Shown: one piece after another, positions 18,962 to 28,397 of the stretch
Layout: the number at the start of each line of letters is the position of its first letter
Position numbering within the stretch: position 1 is the first letter of the stretch
Assembly: GCA_965249575.1 (NCBI GenBank)
Contig: OZ252244.1
Location: forward strand, 1,935,127-1,999,126
DNA from: Gemmatimonadales bacterium
GTDB lineage: Bacteria > Gemmatimonadota > Gemmatimonadetes > Gemmatimonadales > GWC2-71-9
DNA length: 64,000 bases
Reading direction: 5' to 3'
Translations under genes and position numbers: made by a program
Notes under the pieces: generated by a model
What the model was told of the DNA's origin: nothing
Databases searched by the model: none
What the model saw: the letters and a program-made list of their open reading frames with translations, nothing else

Positions 18962-20533
18962 TTAGTTCTCCGCGCCCGGGTACGTCCGTTCGGGCTCCCT
19001 GCAAGCAGGCCACGTCATCGTTTCCCCCGTGCGCGGGTCCGTCGGGAACGCGGTTCGTCGTTCGCGCGCGACGCGCTCCGGGTCTTCTGCGGCAGCGTAC
19101 GTCATCGCCGCGATCAGGGTCGCGTTGTGCCGCACTTCCTCGAAGACCAGCTTGTCGAAGGTGTCCCGGTTCGTATGCCACGTGTACGTGAAGTAATCCC
19201 ATTCCCGCCCGCCGAAGCGAAAAGCTGGGACGCCGTAGCAGAGAAAAGAGGCGTGATCCGTTCCCCCGCTGTGCGGTATCCCAGGCAGCGTGAGCTTCAA
19301 GGGGTCGCTCAGCTCGCTGGGCATCTGCGCGAACCAGCGGGAGAAGTGCGCGCCGGACCCCATCATCCCCTGCATGGAGATGTCATTCACGAGGCCGGTG
19401 CCGATGTCGAAGTTGAGGAGGACATGGAGGCCCTCGACGACGTGCGGGTTGTCCTCCGCGAACGCCCGCGAGCCGTTCAGTCCCTGCTCTTCGCCACCCC
19501 AGTGTCCCACCAGGATGGTCCGCTTGGGCGCTGGATAGACCATCTTGAGAATGCGCATCGCCTCGAGTAATGCGATCGTTCCGGCCCCCGTGTCGGTGGC
19601 CCCCGAGCCTCCGTCCCACGAATCGAGATGGGACGATAGCACGACGTACTCGTCGGGGAGCTCTACCCCGCGGTACTCGGCGATGGTGTTGTAGGTCGGC
19701 ACGTCGCCTAGCAGCTCTCCTCCGGCGTCCACCCGAAGTGCGGGCCCCTGGGAGTTGGCGGCGAGCCGATACAGCAGGCTGTAGTCCTCGCAACTGAGAT
19801 CGAGCGAGGGAACCTCGTCGGTTCGGGCGCCGAAGATCCGGGTGACCCCCCATCCTCCGGACCACGTGGATGTGAGCATGCCCGCAACGCCTCCCCGCTC
19901 GAGCGCGCCGGGGAGCGTCCGCGCCGTGTAACCGGTCCGCTCGATGCGGGTTCTCCAGTCCCGAGTGCTCCGCTCCCGGATCTCTAGCATGTTCCGGTAG
20001 ACGTTCGTATCCGCGAATCGCTCCCAGCTGCGGTCCGGCCGGCAGGTCATCTGCGGGGGAGAGATCATCACGAACTTCCCGCGCGCTGTCGCGAGCCACG
20101 CGCCGAAGCGGTCCGGGCCGTCGACCATTGGGAGCGCGACGACCTCGCCTTCGATGGGGGCTGAGGTCCCCGGGCTCCAGGCGAGCATGGTGGCCTCGAG
20201 TGTCCGAACGCGGGGGCGGATGAGGTCGACGTGCGTCGGGCCACGGCGCCACCCTCTCCAAGTTCCATATTGCTCGGTTCGCGCGGGTATCCCCCACGAG
20301 GCGTAGTGCGAGACCAGCCAGTCACCCGCGGCCTTCAGCTCAGGCGTGCCGGTCAGGCGTGGGCCGATCGAGTCCATCAGTACCTGTGCGAACTCGTAGG
20401 TCCTCGAGCTGTCCATACCGATGGCCCAGATACGGCGGAGAACGGGGTCGTCGGTGGTGAACGTCTGGGCCTCGGCGTTGGAGGGACGCAGACATACGGT
20501 CAATGCGATCGAGGCGGCGAGTAAAGCTCTCAT
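18962..20533 (-). CDS. Secreted M28-family aminopeptidase with PA-like insert
   Basis: Signal peptide MRALLAASIALTVCLRPSNAEAQ. Zn-ligand blocks SHLDSWDGGSGATDTGAGTIALLEAMRIL and HWGGEEQGLNGSRAF. C-terminal GGTDHASF. Confidence 0.8.
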   Translation of the reverse strand: MRALLAASIALTVCLRPSNAEAQTFTTDDPVLRRIWAIGMDSSRTYEFAQVLMDSIGPRLTGTPELKAAGDWLVSHYASWGIPARTEQYGTWRGWRRGPTHVDLIRPRVRTLEATMLAWSPGTSAPIEGEVVALPMVDGPDRFGAWLATARGKFVMISPPQMTCRPDRSWERFADTNVYRNMLEIRERSTRDWRTRIERTGYTARTLPGALERGGVAGMLTSTWSGGWGVTRIFGARTDEVPSLDLSCEDYSLLYRLAANSQGPALRVDAGGELLGDVPTYNTIAEYRGVELPDEYVVLSSHLDSWDGGSGATDTGAGTIALLEAMRILKMVYPAPKRTILVGHWGGEEQGLNGSRAFAEDNPHVVEGLHVLLNFDIGTGLVNDISMQGMMGSGAHFSRWFAQMPSELSDPLKLTLPGIPHSGGTDHASFLCYGVPAFRFGGREWDYFTYTWHTNRDTFDKLVFEEVRHNATLIAAMTYAAAEDPERVARERRTAFPTDPRTGETMTWPACREPERTYPGAEN

Positions 20534-20822
20534 CGAGGTTTTTGGGTATTGAGGTGAGGTGGCGAGACCGCATCGAAGCGATCCAATGCGGGAAAAGCTA
20601 CAGAAGAACGCGGTGCCGCGTCAGGTGCCAGGGTACCGGGTGCCGGGCGCCAGGGGGCGGAGGTGGGTTAACACCAATTCCGACGAAAATGCGGGCCCGA
20701 AACTCAGATCTGAACTGGGACCTGGAACCCGGGACCTGGCCTCTGACACCTGATTTCCCCCCCGCTGGCCCAACCCTTTTCTTTCCTCTAACTTCTCGCG
20801 TGATCAGGAGCGTTTTCGCGAA

Positions 20823-22406
20823 ATGAGTGACCTCGAGACCCGTCTCCAAGCAGCGGTCGGCGACGCGTTTCGCCTCGAGAGGGAGCTAGGCGGCGGGGGT
20901 ATGTCCCGCGTCTTTCTCGCAGAGGAACGCCGCCTCGGACGCCGCGTCGTCATCAAGGTGCTCCCGCCCGAGATGGCCGCTGGTGTCAGCATCGAGCGGT
21001 TCGAGCGCGAGATCCAGCTCGCGGCCAAGCTGCAGCACCCCACATCGTACCGCTACTCACCGCCGGCTCGAAGGGCGACCTGTTGTGGTACGCGATGCCC
21101 TTCATCGAGGGGGAATCCCTTGCGAGCCCGTTTGGCCCGGGAGGGCGAGCTGCCAATCACCCAGACGATCCGCATTCTGCGCGACGTTGCGGACGCCCTC
21201 GCCTACGCACACCGGCACGGCGTCGTCCACCGCGACATCAAGCCCGACAACGTGCTCCTGTCCGACGGGCACGCCGTGGTGACCGATTTCGGTGTGGCCA
21301 AGGCGGTGAGTGAATCTACGGGTGAAAAATCGCTGACATCGCTTGGCGTCGCGCTGGGTACCCCGTCATACATGGCGCCGGAGCAGGCCGCGGCCGATCC
21401 ACACGTCGACCATCGGGCGGACATCTACGCCTTCGGCGCGTTTGCCTACGAGATGCTGACGGGCCGGCCACCATTCACCGGAATGAACGCTCAGGCGGTG
21501 CTGGCGGCGCATCTCACCCAGGCACCCGAGCCGGTGACGCAGCACCGTACGGCGGTGCCCGAGTCGCTGTCCCAGGTGGTCATGAAGTGCCTCGAAAAAC
21601 GGGCGGCGGACCGCTGGCAACGTGCGGACGAGTTGCGAGCCGAGCTGGAAGGCCTCGCGACTCCCACTGCGGGTCTCACACCGGCCGGCACTCAGCCGGT
21701 CATGCCGGCGGCCTCGGCGGCTGGACCGGCTCCCGAGCACCATGCGCGGCACGCGCACCCGGTGCGGGTGGCTGCCCTGTTTGGCGTGGGGGCGGCCGCG
21801 GTTCTACTGGTCGTCTACGGCTTGATGATCGCCTTGGGCCTACCGGACTGGGTGTTCCTAGGAGCCGTGATGCTACTTGCGATCGGGTTGCCCATCATGC
21901 TGCTGACCGGGCATCACGAGCATCGTCGCGCCGCTGCGCGAGGCGCCGGAGTGCACGTGACTACCCCGGCAGGCCTCGAGCGGCACTTCACGTTCCGAAA
22001 AGCCCTCATGGGTGGCGGACTCGCCTTTAGCAGCCTCACGGTTCTCACCGGCGGGTTCTTGGGTCTCCGAGCCATGGGAGTTGGACCGTTCGGAACGCTC
22101 ATCACGAGCGGTGTTCTCGGAGTACAAGAGCGCCTCATCCTCGCCGATTTCGAGAACGCCACGGGAGACTCGATGCTTGGCGGGACGGTAACGGAGCTCC
22201 TTCGCATCGATCTCACCCAATCTCCCGTCGTGTCGGTCATGGAGGGCGGCCAGCTAGCCGAGATCATGGCCCTGATGCAACGGAGCCGGGACGAGCCGCT
22301 TACGCCGGAGCTCGCGAAGGAGATCGCTACGCGGGAAGGCATCAAGGCATACGTGCACGACGATGTTCGGCCGCTCGGGAGACCGCTGATGAGCCGGGAG
22401 ATGTGA
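20823..22406 (+). CDS. Ser/Thr protein kinase, N-terminal part (kinase + TM + start of periplasmic domain); carries a compensated double frameshift and ends prematurely
   Basis: GGGGMSRVF, VVIKVL, HRDIKPDN, DFG and APE are all present. Between about 21041 and about 21122, 27 codons are out of frame: the main frame reads TSYRYSPPARRATCCGTRCPSSRGNP, while the +1 frame reads HIVPLLTAGSKGDLLWYAMPFIEGESL, as seen in ORF 21083..21313. TM region at about 21750-21900. Confidence 0.75.
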   Translation: MSDLETRLQAAVGDAFRLERELGGGGMSRVFLAEERRLGRRVVIKVLPPEMAAGVSIERFEREIQLAAKLQHPTSYRYSPPARRATCCGTRCPSSRGNPLRARLAREGELPITQTIRILRDVADALAYAHRHGVVHRDIKPDNVLLSDGHAVVTDFGVAKAVSESTGEKSLTSLGVALGTPSYMAPEQAAADPHVDHRADIYAFGAFAYEMLTGRPPFTGMNAQAVLAAHLTQAPEPVTQHRTAVPESLSQVVMKCLEKRAADRWQRADELRAELEGLATPTAGLTPAGTQPVMPAASAAGPAPEHHARHAHPVRVAALFGVGAAAVLLVVYGLMIALGLPDWVFLGAVMLLAIGLPIMLLTGHHEHRRAAARGAGVHVTTPAGLERHFTFRKALMGGGLAFSSLTVLTGGFLGLRAMGVGPFGTLITSGVLGVQERLILADFENATGDSMLGGTVTELLRIDLTQSPVVSVMEGGQLAEIMALMQRSRDEPLTPELAKEIATREGIKAYVHDDVRPLGRPLMSREM

Positions 22407-23935
22407 TCGCCGCTGTCGACCGGCTCGGCGCCAAGCTCCGCGAGCGGATCGGGGAATCGCTGCGCACGGTGCGGGCCGACCCGCCGCTCGAGCGTGCCAC
22501 TACGAGGTCGGTGGACGCCCTCCGCGTGTACGCCCAGGCCACTCGCATGGCCAACCTGGGAGACTACGACCGGGCCATTGCTCCCCTGGAAGAGGCGACG
22601 CGTTTGGACACGACGTTCGCGATGGCGTATCGGCGGCTGGCCGCGTTCTTGGGCAACCGCGGGGACGCCATGAGCCAAGAGCGTTCGAGGGTCGCGGTGG
22701 CGCGGGCGTTTACGCTGCGTGACCGGCTCTCCAATAGGGAGCGCCTCCACGTCGAAGCCTACGCGGCCCTGGGCGCAAGGGATATTGAGCGGGCCGTAAC
22801 GGCGTACTTGGCGCTCCTCGAACGATATCCAACCGACCAGACTGCGCTTAACAACGTGGCCGTCTCGTACATGAACCTCAACCGGCCGGGGGAACGGGAC
22901 CGCATGCTTTGGCGCGCCATAGACGCGCAGGTAGCCATCGCGATCTCGTACACCAATTTGATCGCTTACCGGCTGTGGGCCGGCGACCTGGAAGAGGCTG
23001 ACTCGGTACTCCGGCTCTTTGAGCAGCGTTTCCCCGAAAGCGCTGACGTTTTCCGCAGGCGATCCGGTATCGAGCTTGCACGCCAGAACTTAGAGGGCGC
23101 CGGAGAAGCGGCGCGTGGCGCGCTCGGAGCCGCGCCGGGACTGAGAGTTTGGGCGAACTACCGTCTGAGGTCGATCGCCGAGATGACTGGGAGAATGGCG
23201 GAGGCCAGACAGTACGCCCGAGAGGCGCTGCGCGTTCAGGCCGAGCGGGTTGCGATGACCGACGAGGAGCACGCGATTCAGGCGGAGTTCGAGGATCTAA
23301 CTCGCCGGATGACCCACGCTCAGGACCCCAATGAGTTGGGCGGTGATTTCGAACGTCTGTGGGACCGGTTGGCGCCGATCACCGCCGACTGCGAGCCGAC
23401 CGAGCGTGGCCACCTCGAGTACGTGGCGGCGCTGGCGCGCAGCGGACGTCCCCAGCTTGCGCGGGAGTTGCTGGAGGAGTTCAAGAAGGCCATCGAGCGA
23501 GAAGAGTACGTCAACCGCTTCACGCGGGCTGGTGTGTTAGACCGGGAGGGCGATGTTGCACTCTCCGAAGGCAACATTCAAGAGGCGATCGATGCCTATC
23601 GAGCGAGTTGCGACCCTTGGCGCGAGACCTTTGCGGGCTGCGATGCGAGGCCCGGGCTAGCTCAGGCCTACGAAAGAGCCGGCGATACTGACTCCGCGCT
23701 AGCGATCTTCCAGCGGTTCGTCAATCTCCAGGCCGATCGCGGCTTCGAAGAGCGAATCTGGTACGCGAGCTCTCGCAGGCGCGTAGGTGAGCTCTACGAG
23801 ACGCGCGGAGACCGTGAAAAAGCGGTCGAGTACTACGGCAGCTTCGTCGATCTCTGGAAGGACGCGGACTCTGAGCTACAGCCGGTGGTGGAAGAGACGA
23901 AGCGGAGGATCGCGCGGCTGGCTGGAGAACCGTAG
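22403..23935 (+). CDS. TPR-like C-terminal part of the same kinase, now a separate ORF (GTGA overlap)
   Basis: Begins ...IAAVDRLGAKLRERIGESLRTVRADPPLERATTRSVDALRVYAQA. The frame is open upstream, reading RETADEPGDV. TPR-like repeats run to YYGSFVDLWKDADSELQPVVEETKRRIARLAG. The paralogue at 9575-12520 shows the same architecture. Confidence 0.7.
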   Translation: MIAAVDRLGAKLRERIGESLRTVRADPPLERATTRSVDALRVYAQATRMANLGDYDRAIAPLEEATRLDTTFAMAYRRLAAFLGNRGDAMSQERSRVAVARAFTLRDRLSNRERLHVEAYAALGARDIERAVTAYLALLERYPTDQTALNNVAVSYMNLNRPGERDRMLWRAIDAQVAIAISYTNLIAYRLWAGDLEEADSVLRLFEQRFPESADVFRRRSGIELARQNLEGAGEAARGALGAAPGLRVWANYRLRSIAEMTGRMAEARQYAREALRVQAERVAMTDEEHAIQAEFEDLTRRMTHAQDPNELGGDFERLWDRLAPITADCEPTERGHLEYVAALARSGRPQLARELLEEFKKAIEREEYVNRFTRAGVLDREGDVALSEGNIQEAIDAYRASCDPWRETFAGCDARPGLAQAYERAGDTDSALAIFQRFVNLQADRGFEERIWYASSRRRVGELYETRGDREKAVEYYGSFVDLWKDADSELQPVVEETKRRIARLAGEP

Positions 23936-24113
23936 GGAGGCGAGCCCGCCGTACGGCCGCCGCCGCGATCAGCACCAAACCGAAGACGCACGCACAGCGA
24001 TCGGGAAGGAGCCCGTTCTCCGGCCCGGTTCGTGTGAGATCGTTGGCATCATGATGCGATGGCAAATATAAACCGGGACGCGGCGTAGGTTCACGGCCGG
24101 TCCACTACGTCCA

Positions 24114-25316
24114 TCACCAACTCACAGGCTTGCGGCGCCCGAATCCCAGCCAGATGTCGAGTCTGAGCATCAGCGCTCGAAGCGGCGTCCCCGCCAACCA
24201 AGGCCCCACTCGGTAGAGCCACCTCGAGTAATCCTTGTTGTATGGACAGACGCGAATACAAATGGAGCAGTCACTGTTCTGCCGTGCCCAGAAGCTGAAG
24301 CACTTCTCGGCGTCGACAGTCCACTTCCGCACACCCTTGAGGTTGGAAACATTGTGGACTTCGTCACTAGGATCGTCGTTGGGGATCGCTTTGGGTGGAC
24401 AGGCCTGCGTGCAGCGCCGGCAGACGGAGCAGAACTGCTTCACGCCGAACGAGATCGGCCGGTCGTGCGACAAGGGCATATCGGTGAAGACCTTGCCCAG
24501 CCGCACGGGACCGAATTCCTTGGTGATCAGCAAGCCGTGCCGCCCGTACTCGCCTAGGCCGGCGCGGATGGCGAAGGGAATGGCTAGCGCGGAGTCGTTC
24601 AGACTCGGCACCGCTAGGTACCCGAGGTTCCGGATGTACTGCGCCAGGGACAGGACGGTGACGACGTCCCTTGAGTAGCCCAAACCGGTGGCCGCCCCGC
24701 TGAGGGCGGATGGAACGGTCCGGACGAGGTCGTAGTCCATGGCCGTCGCGACGACGATCACGTTTTCGAGGCCCGCGGAGACCTCGTTCGGCTTCCCTTG
24801 CTGTGTCTGGGCGCTGTAGCAATGGGTGTAGATCCAGCGGTCGTCATTGTGCGTGATGCCCACCCGGTCCGCACCGCACGCCCTCGCGACTCGCTTGATC
24901 TCCCTAGCCATTGCCCCGGCGGACGGGATGGATCGCTTCTCGTCCGCCCCCTCCCGGAGGACCGAGTACTCGTTGAGGAACCCCTCACGTCTGTCTTCCC
25001 TCTGCTTCAGCTCGGCGAAGATGTCGGGAACGTGCCACGTGGCATTCCGGAAGGAGTAGTCGCGGTGCCCGTAGCCATCCACCTCGCGATAGTGCTTCAG
25101 CGGCTTGCGGTAGGTTTCGAAGAAGATGTCGGTTTTCTTAGAGCGAACCGCAGGATCCCAGAATGCACGACAGAACACATCGTTACGCTGATTGAAGCGC
25201 TCGAACCCGTCGAGAATGTCAAAGTCAGCCTCCCGGTCGAGCTCGACGCGCGGAACGGAACCCAGTAGCTCTCGTCTCGACTGGTCGGTGTCGGGTCGGT
25301 TCACTAGGTCGGCCAT
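24114..25316 (-). CDS. Reductive-dehalogenase-family (RdhA-like) iron-sulfur protein, no functional Tat leader
   Basis: Two Fe-S motifs in RdhA arrangement: CSVCRRCTQACPPKAIP (C-x2-C-x2-C-x3-CP) and CFSFWARQNSDCSICIRVCPYNK (C-x11-C-x2-C-x3-CP). N-terminal FERFNQRNDVFCRAFWD. SRRELLG resembles a Tat motif but no hydrophobic h-region follows. No rdhB-like anchor gene adjacent. Confidence 0.55.
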   Translation of the reverse strand: MADLVNRPDTDQSRRELLGSVPRVELDREADFDILDGFERFNQRNDVFCRAFWDPAVRSKKTDIFFETYRKPLKHYREVDGYGHRDYSFRNATWHVPDIFAELKQREDRREGFLNEYSVLREGADEKRSIPSAGAMAREIKRVARACGADRVGITHNDDRWIYTHCYSAQTQQGKPNEVSAGLENVIVVATAMDYDLVRTVPSALSGAATGLGYSRDVVTVLSLAQYIRNLGYLAVPSLNDSALAIPFAIRAGLGEYGRHGLLITKEFGPVRLGKVFTDMPLSHDRPISFGVKQFCSVCRRCTQACPPKAIPNDDPSDEVHNVSNLKGVRKWTVDAEKCFSFWARQNSDCSICIRVCPYNKDYSRWLYRVGPWLAGTPLRALMLRLDIWLGFGRRKPVSW

Positions 25317-25526
25317 TCGAGCTCCCCTTCTCGCCGAGACTCATTCGTGCGGGCGCGTGGCCGGGGGACGACGAACCGGGAAAGAGGAAACGGAATGCCC
25401 AGGCACGAGCGGTTAGCGAAATGGTACCATTACCTGCGATAGGGCGCTATGAGTGGAGTGTCTCGCCCAGGCATCCCCAGCTGACGCCTTCATTGGCGAA
25501 GACGGCTATCCCGACCGGCGGAAACG

Positions 25527-25652
25527 AGATGAGTGGAGGTGGTGATTAGTGAGTCGTGAGCGGTGTTCGTCCTGGTAATGTGTCCGTGGGGTCGGGTCGA
25601 GCCCCCCGCCGCTCGCCCACCCCCACTTACTACGTCACTTCCTTATCACCGT
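25527..25652. repeat. Imperfect inverted low-complexity repeat (GTGA-type arm / complementary C-type arm)
   Basis: Arm 25527-25565 is gagatgagtggaggtggtgattagtgagtcgtgagcggtg. Arm 25605-25652 is cccgccgctcgcccacccccacttactacgtcacttccttatcacc. Only patchy complementarity (ggtgat, gtga, gagcgg). Lies between the stop of 25646..27133 and the start of the RdhA-like gene. Confidence 0.5.
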
Positions 25653-27133
25653 ATCGGAATCGATATCGACACCTGGTGCGTCATCACGGTGGCATCTTGC
25701 AGCGTAAGTGGACCGGACGGTGCTACGAGGACGTCATTGGCCTCGGCGGCGGCCGTGGCCCGGTCGGCGGCCACTCCTGTCCAGGCGACCCCCGGCCTGC
25801 CCGTCCCCGTGGTCACGCGACCCATGTAACGCAACTCGAAATCCGCCAGCGGGACCCGGATACCCCAGCTCGGCACCCACTCCATCCAGTTTTCGTCCTG
25901 ACGTCGAAACGATTCGTCGACGTTGTCCCACTGGTCGAGGTGAAAGTCGTAGGCCCTCACGTTTAGCCCGAGCTGAAATGATGCGGGGCCAAGATCGTGG
26001 CTGACACCCATGCTGACGAAAGCGTTCGAGAAGCTGAACGAGTTCTCTACCGTCTTGCCACCGGCCGGGATCGTGTCCCCGCCGGTGGTCTCGACTGGAG
26101 CCGCTGCCTCGGCCCACGTCTCACTGGTCGCAGGTTCATAGATGACGTCGACTCCGAAGGCGGTTTGCTTGGTGACTTTCGCCAGGCCGAACCCGATATC
26201 GTACGCGTTGCTGTGCCCGGGGTCCCGGGGAATGTTCATGATCTCGTAGTTCGGTATCTGCGGGTGCGACTTTCGGTTGGCCGTCAAGGTGCCGCCCACC
26301 CGCCATCCGGTCGTGCCGACCGGCTGGTGGTAGCCTACGTGCGCCCCCCAAGTTCTCGAATGATCTCGGTTGATTTCCAGGCGCGCCTGCGGCTCCCAGA
26401 TCCAGTTCGTGGTATCCACGATGACCCAGTCGACGTACATGACGTCATGCCGCACTTCGAACCGGTGATGGAGCACGGATGCCTCGAGCCGCCGGTCACC
26501 GTCGAAAGTCTTGCTCAACCCAAGCCGGAGGTCGATCATGTTCCCGTTCTGCGCGACGCCGCTCGCCGACGCGTAGAGGTGCTCGACGCCGTCGATTGCC
26601 CCCAGATCGCTGAAGTAGCCACTAACACCCAGGGACAGGTCGTCGCCGAACGTTCTGCCGATGCTCATGTGCGCGTACTTGTTGGTCGCAGAACGATTGC
26701 GAAGGGCGTTTGGCGCAATCACGGGTTCGAGGACGGGGACGGGACCAAAGAAGAACTGCTCGCCTCTCTTCAGCTTCTGGAGGGCGGCGAATATGCCTCC
26801 GAACCACCCGCTGGAGTTGAACCTGCCGCCCAACGGCAGTGTTCGGGCACTGCCGGCGCGATTGGAGACGCTATAGAACGTGGGTGCCGAGAAGACGTAT
26901 GGCTCCCCCGACCGCGCCCCCGTAGCGGGGTTGACGAACGGATCGTGAACGACGTCATCGAGCGCGATGGAGACGCCCCCCATCGCGAGGTTGTCTGAAG
27001 GGAAGATGAGAAATTGATCGCCGGCAGCCACGGGGACGGTCTTGAGAGATATGAGCTGCGCTGCAAGTGCCGTCGGCAACGTCGAAAGAGCCGCCAAGAA
27101 GAGTACAACTCGGCCGGACGAGAGAGCTGGCAT
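25646..27133 (-). CDS. Hypothetical outer-membrane beta-barrel protein
   Basis: Signal peptide VVLFLAALSTLPTALAAQ. 495 aa with alternating beta-strand-like pattern rich in Gly/Tyr/Asp. No family recognised. Divergent from the ECF sigma operon. Confidence 0.55.
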   Translation of the reverse strand: MPALSSGRVVLFLAALSTLPTALAAQLISLKTVPVAAGDQFLIFPSDNLAMGGVSIALDDVVHDPFVNPATGARSGEPYVFSAPTFYSVSNRAGSARTLPLGGRFNSSGWFGGIFAALQKLKRGEQFFFGPVPVLEPVIAPNALRNRSATNKYAHMSIGRTFGDDLSLGVSGYFSDLGAIDGVEHLYASASGVAQNGNMIDLRLGLSKTFDGDRRLEASVLHHRFEVRHDVMYVDWVIVDTTNWIWEPQARLEINRDHSRTWGAHVGYHQPVGTTGWRVGGTLTANRKSHPQIPNYEIMNIPRDPGHSNAYDIGFGLAKVTKQTAFGVDVIYEPATSETWAEAAAPVETTGGDTIPAGGKTVENSFSFSNAFVSMGVSHDLGPASFQLGLNVRAYDFHLDQWDNVDESFRRQDENWMEWVPSWGIRVPLADFELRYMGRVTTGTGRPGVAWTGVAADRATAAAEANDVLVAPSGPLTLQDATVMTHQVSISIPIR

Positions 27134-27288
27134 GGACTTCCTCCTTCAAAGTGTGCCGTTGGCCGTGAGGAAACCGGCTGGCGTGTGGCTCGTCATGCTC
27201 GAATACCCAACACTGCGCTGGTGCGTCACGTGTCCATGGTGGGGGTTCCTGTGGGTGACCAACCGGGCGGCACGCGGGTATCCCGTAC

Positions 27289-27828
27289 GTGAGCCAAGAC
27301 AGCGACGGGCTGCTGGTGCGTCGTGTGCTGGCGGGGGAGACCGCAGCCTATGCTGGATTGGTGGAGCGCTACACCGGCCGGCTGACCCGGTATGCGCAAC
27401 GCATGCTGGGCCAGGGGCCGGACGCGGAGGAAGCGGTTCAGGACACCTTCGTGCGGGCGTACCGGTCCCTCGCCCGGTGCACTGACGGAGAGCGGTTCGG
27501 GGCATGGATTTTCGGGATATTGGTCAATCGGTGCAGGACCTACGGTTCCCAGCGCGCCCGCCGAGAGCGCGTGGTGGTGCATGACGAGCGCGCCTTCGAG
27601 AGCGCGTCCGTCGACCCCGCGGCCGATCGGTACGCGTGGCGGGAAGCGATAGCTTTGGCGTTGGACAGACTTGCGCCAGATTTGCGAGAGGCGTTCTTGT
27701 TAAAGCACGTGGAAGAAATGAGCTACGACGAAATGCATGACGTGACGGGCGCCGGCATCTCGGCGCTGAAGATGCGAGTCAAGCGGGCGCGGGACGAGCT
27801 GCGCCGGCTCCTGGTCGAGGCCGACTGA
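27289..27828 (+). CDS. ECF-type RNA polymerase sigma-70 factor
   Basis: GTG start. Region 2 has YAGLVERYTGRLTRYAQRMLGQGPDAEEAVQDTFVRAYRSL. Region 4 has LREAFLLKHVEEMSYDEMHDVTGAGISALKMRVKRARDELR. Confidence 0.85.
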   Translation: MSQDSDGLLVRRVLAGETAAYAGLVERYTGRLTRYAQRMLGQGPDAEEAVQDTFVRAYRSLARCTDGERFGAWIFGILVNRCRTYGSQRARRERVVVHDERAFESASVDPAADRYAWREAIALALDRLAPDLREAFLLKHVEEMSYDEMHDVTGAGISALKMRVKRARDELRRLLVEAD

Positions 27829-28397
27829 TGACCGAGCGGGACGAACTCCTCGATCGGGTCGCGGAGACGCTCAGGGCGCCGGTGCCGGTCGACCGCAACC
27901 AGGTCGTGGCGCGGGTGATGTCGGAAGTCGAGAAGCTCCCGGCACCGAGCAGGCCAGCGTCGCCCGACCGGGTGATAGGTTGGCTGAAGCGCCGCCGCAC
28001 GATCCGCTTGAGTCCCCTCGGCGGGCTGGCCCTCGCGACGGGCTTCGCCGCGCTGGTGCTAGTGAGCAGCCGTGTGCTTGCTCCGGGGCCGTCGACTGGT
28101 GCCGAAGGCGCGTCGGTGCCTGGGGGAAGGGCGACCGTCCAGTTTGTGCTCGTGGCACCGGAGGCGGGTTCGGTCGCTCTGGTCGGCGATTTCAACGACT
28201 GGAATCGGTCGGCAACTCCATTGGCGCAGGAAGCCGGCGCCGGTGTGTGGTCCATCTCGGTACTACTGGAGCCCGGCCGGTATAAGTATTCTTTCCTCGT
28301 GGATGGCTCGACGTGGATCGACGATCCTCGCGCCGTACCGGTGGTCGAAGACGAGTTCGGCCGGCCGAGCTCGATGCTGACGGTGGGAGAGCTATGA
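27828..28397 (+). CDS. Anti-sigma factor-like membrane protein with C-terminal CBM48/AMPK-beta-like (E-set) domain
   Basis: TGATG overlap with the sigma gene. Single TM GLALATGFAALVLV. C-terminal VQFVLVAPEAGSVALVGDFNDWNRSATPL...GVWSISVLLEPGRYKYSFLVDGSTWIDDP is the glycogen-binding-domain pattern. Confidence 0.7.
   Translation: MTERDELLDRVAETLRAPVPVDRNQVVARVMSEVEKLPAPSRPASPDRVIGWLKRRRTIRLSPLGGLALATGFAALVLVSSRVLAPGPSTGAEGASVPGGRATVQFVLVAPEAGSVALVGDFNDWNRSATPLAQEAGAGVWSISVLLEPGRYKYSFLVDGSTWIDDPRAVPVVEDEFGRPSSMLTVGEL

Noticed and set aside
23721-24065. Minus-strand 114-aa ORF with a hydrophobic stretch (CACVFGLVLIAAAAV) downstream of the RdhA-like gene
   Set aside because: Most of it runs antisense through the conserved C-terminus of the kinase TPR ORF. 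Arg/Ser-rich shadow-ORF composition.
25230-25316. Functional Tat signal on the RdhA-like protein (SRRELLG)
   Set aside because: No hydrophobic h-region or AxA cleavage site follows. The next residues (SVPRVELDREADFD) are charged.
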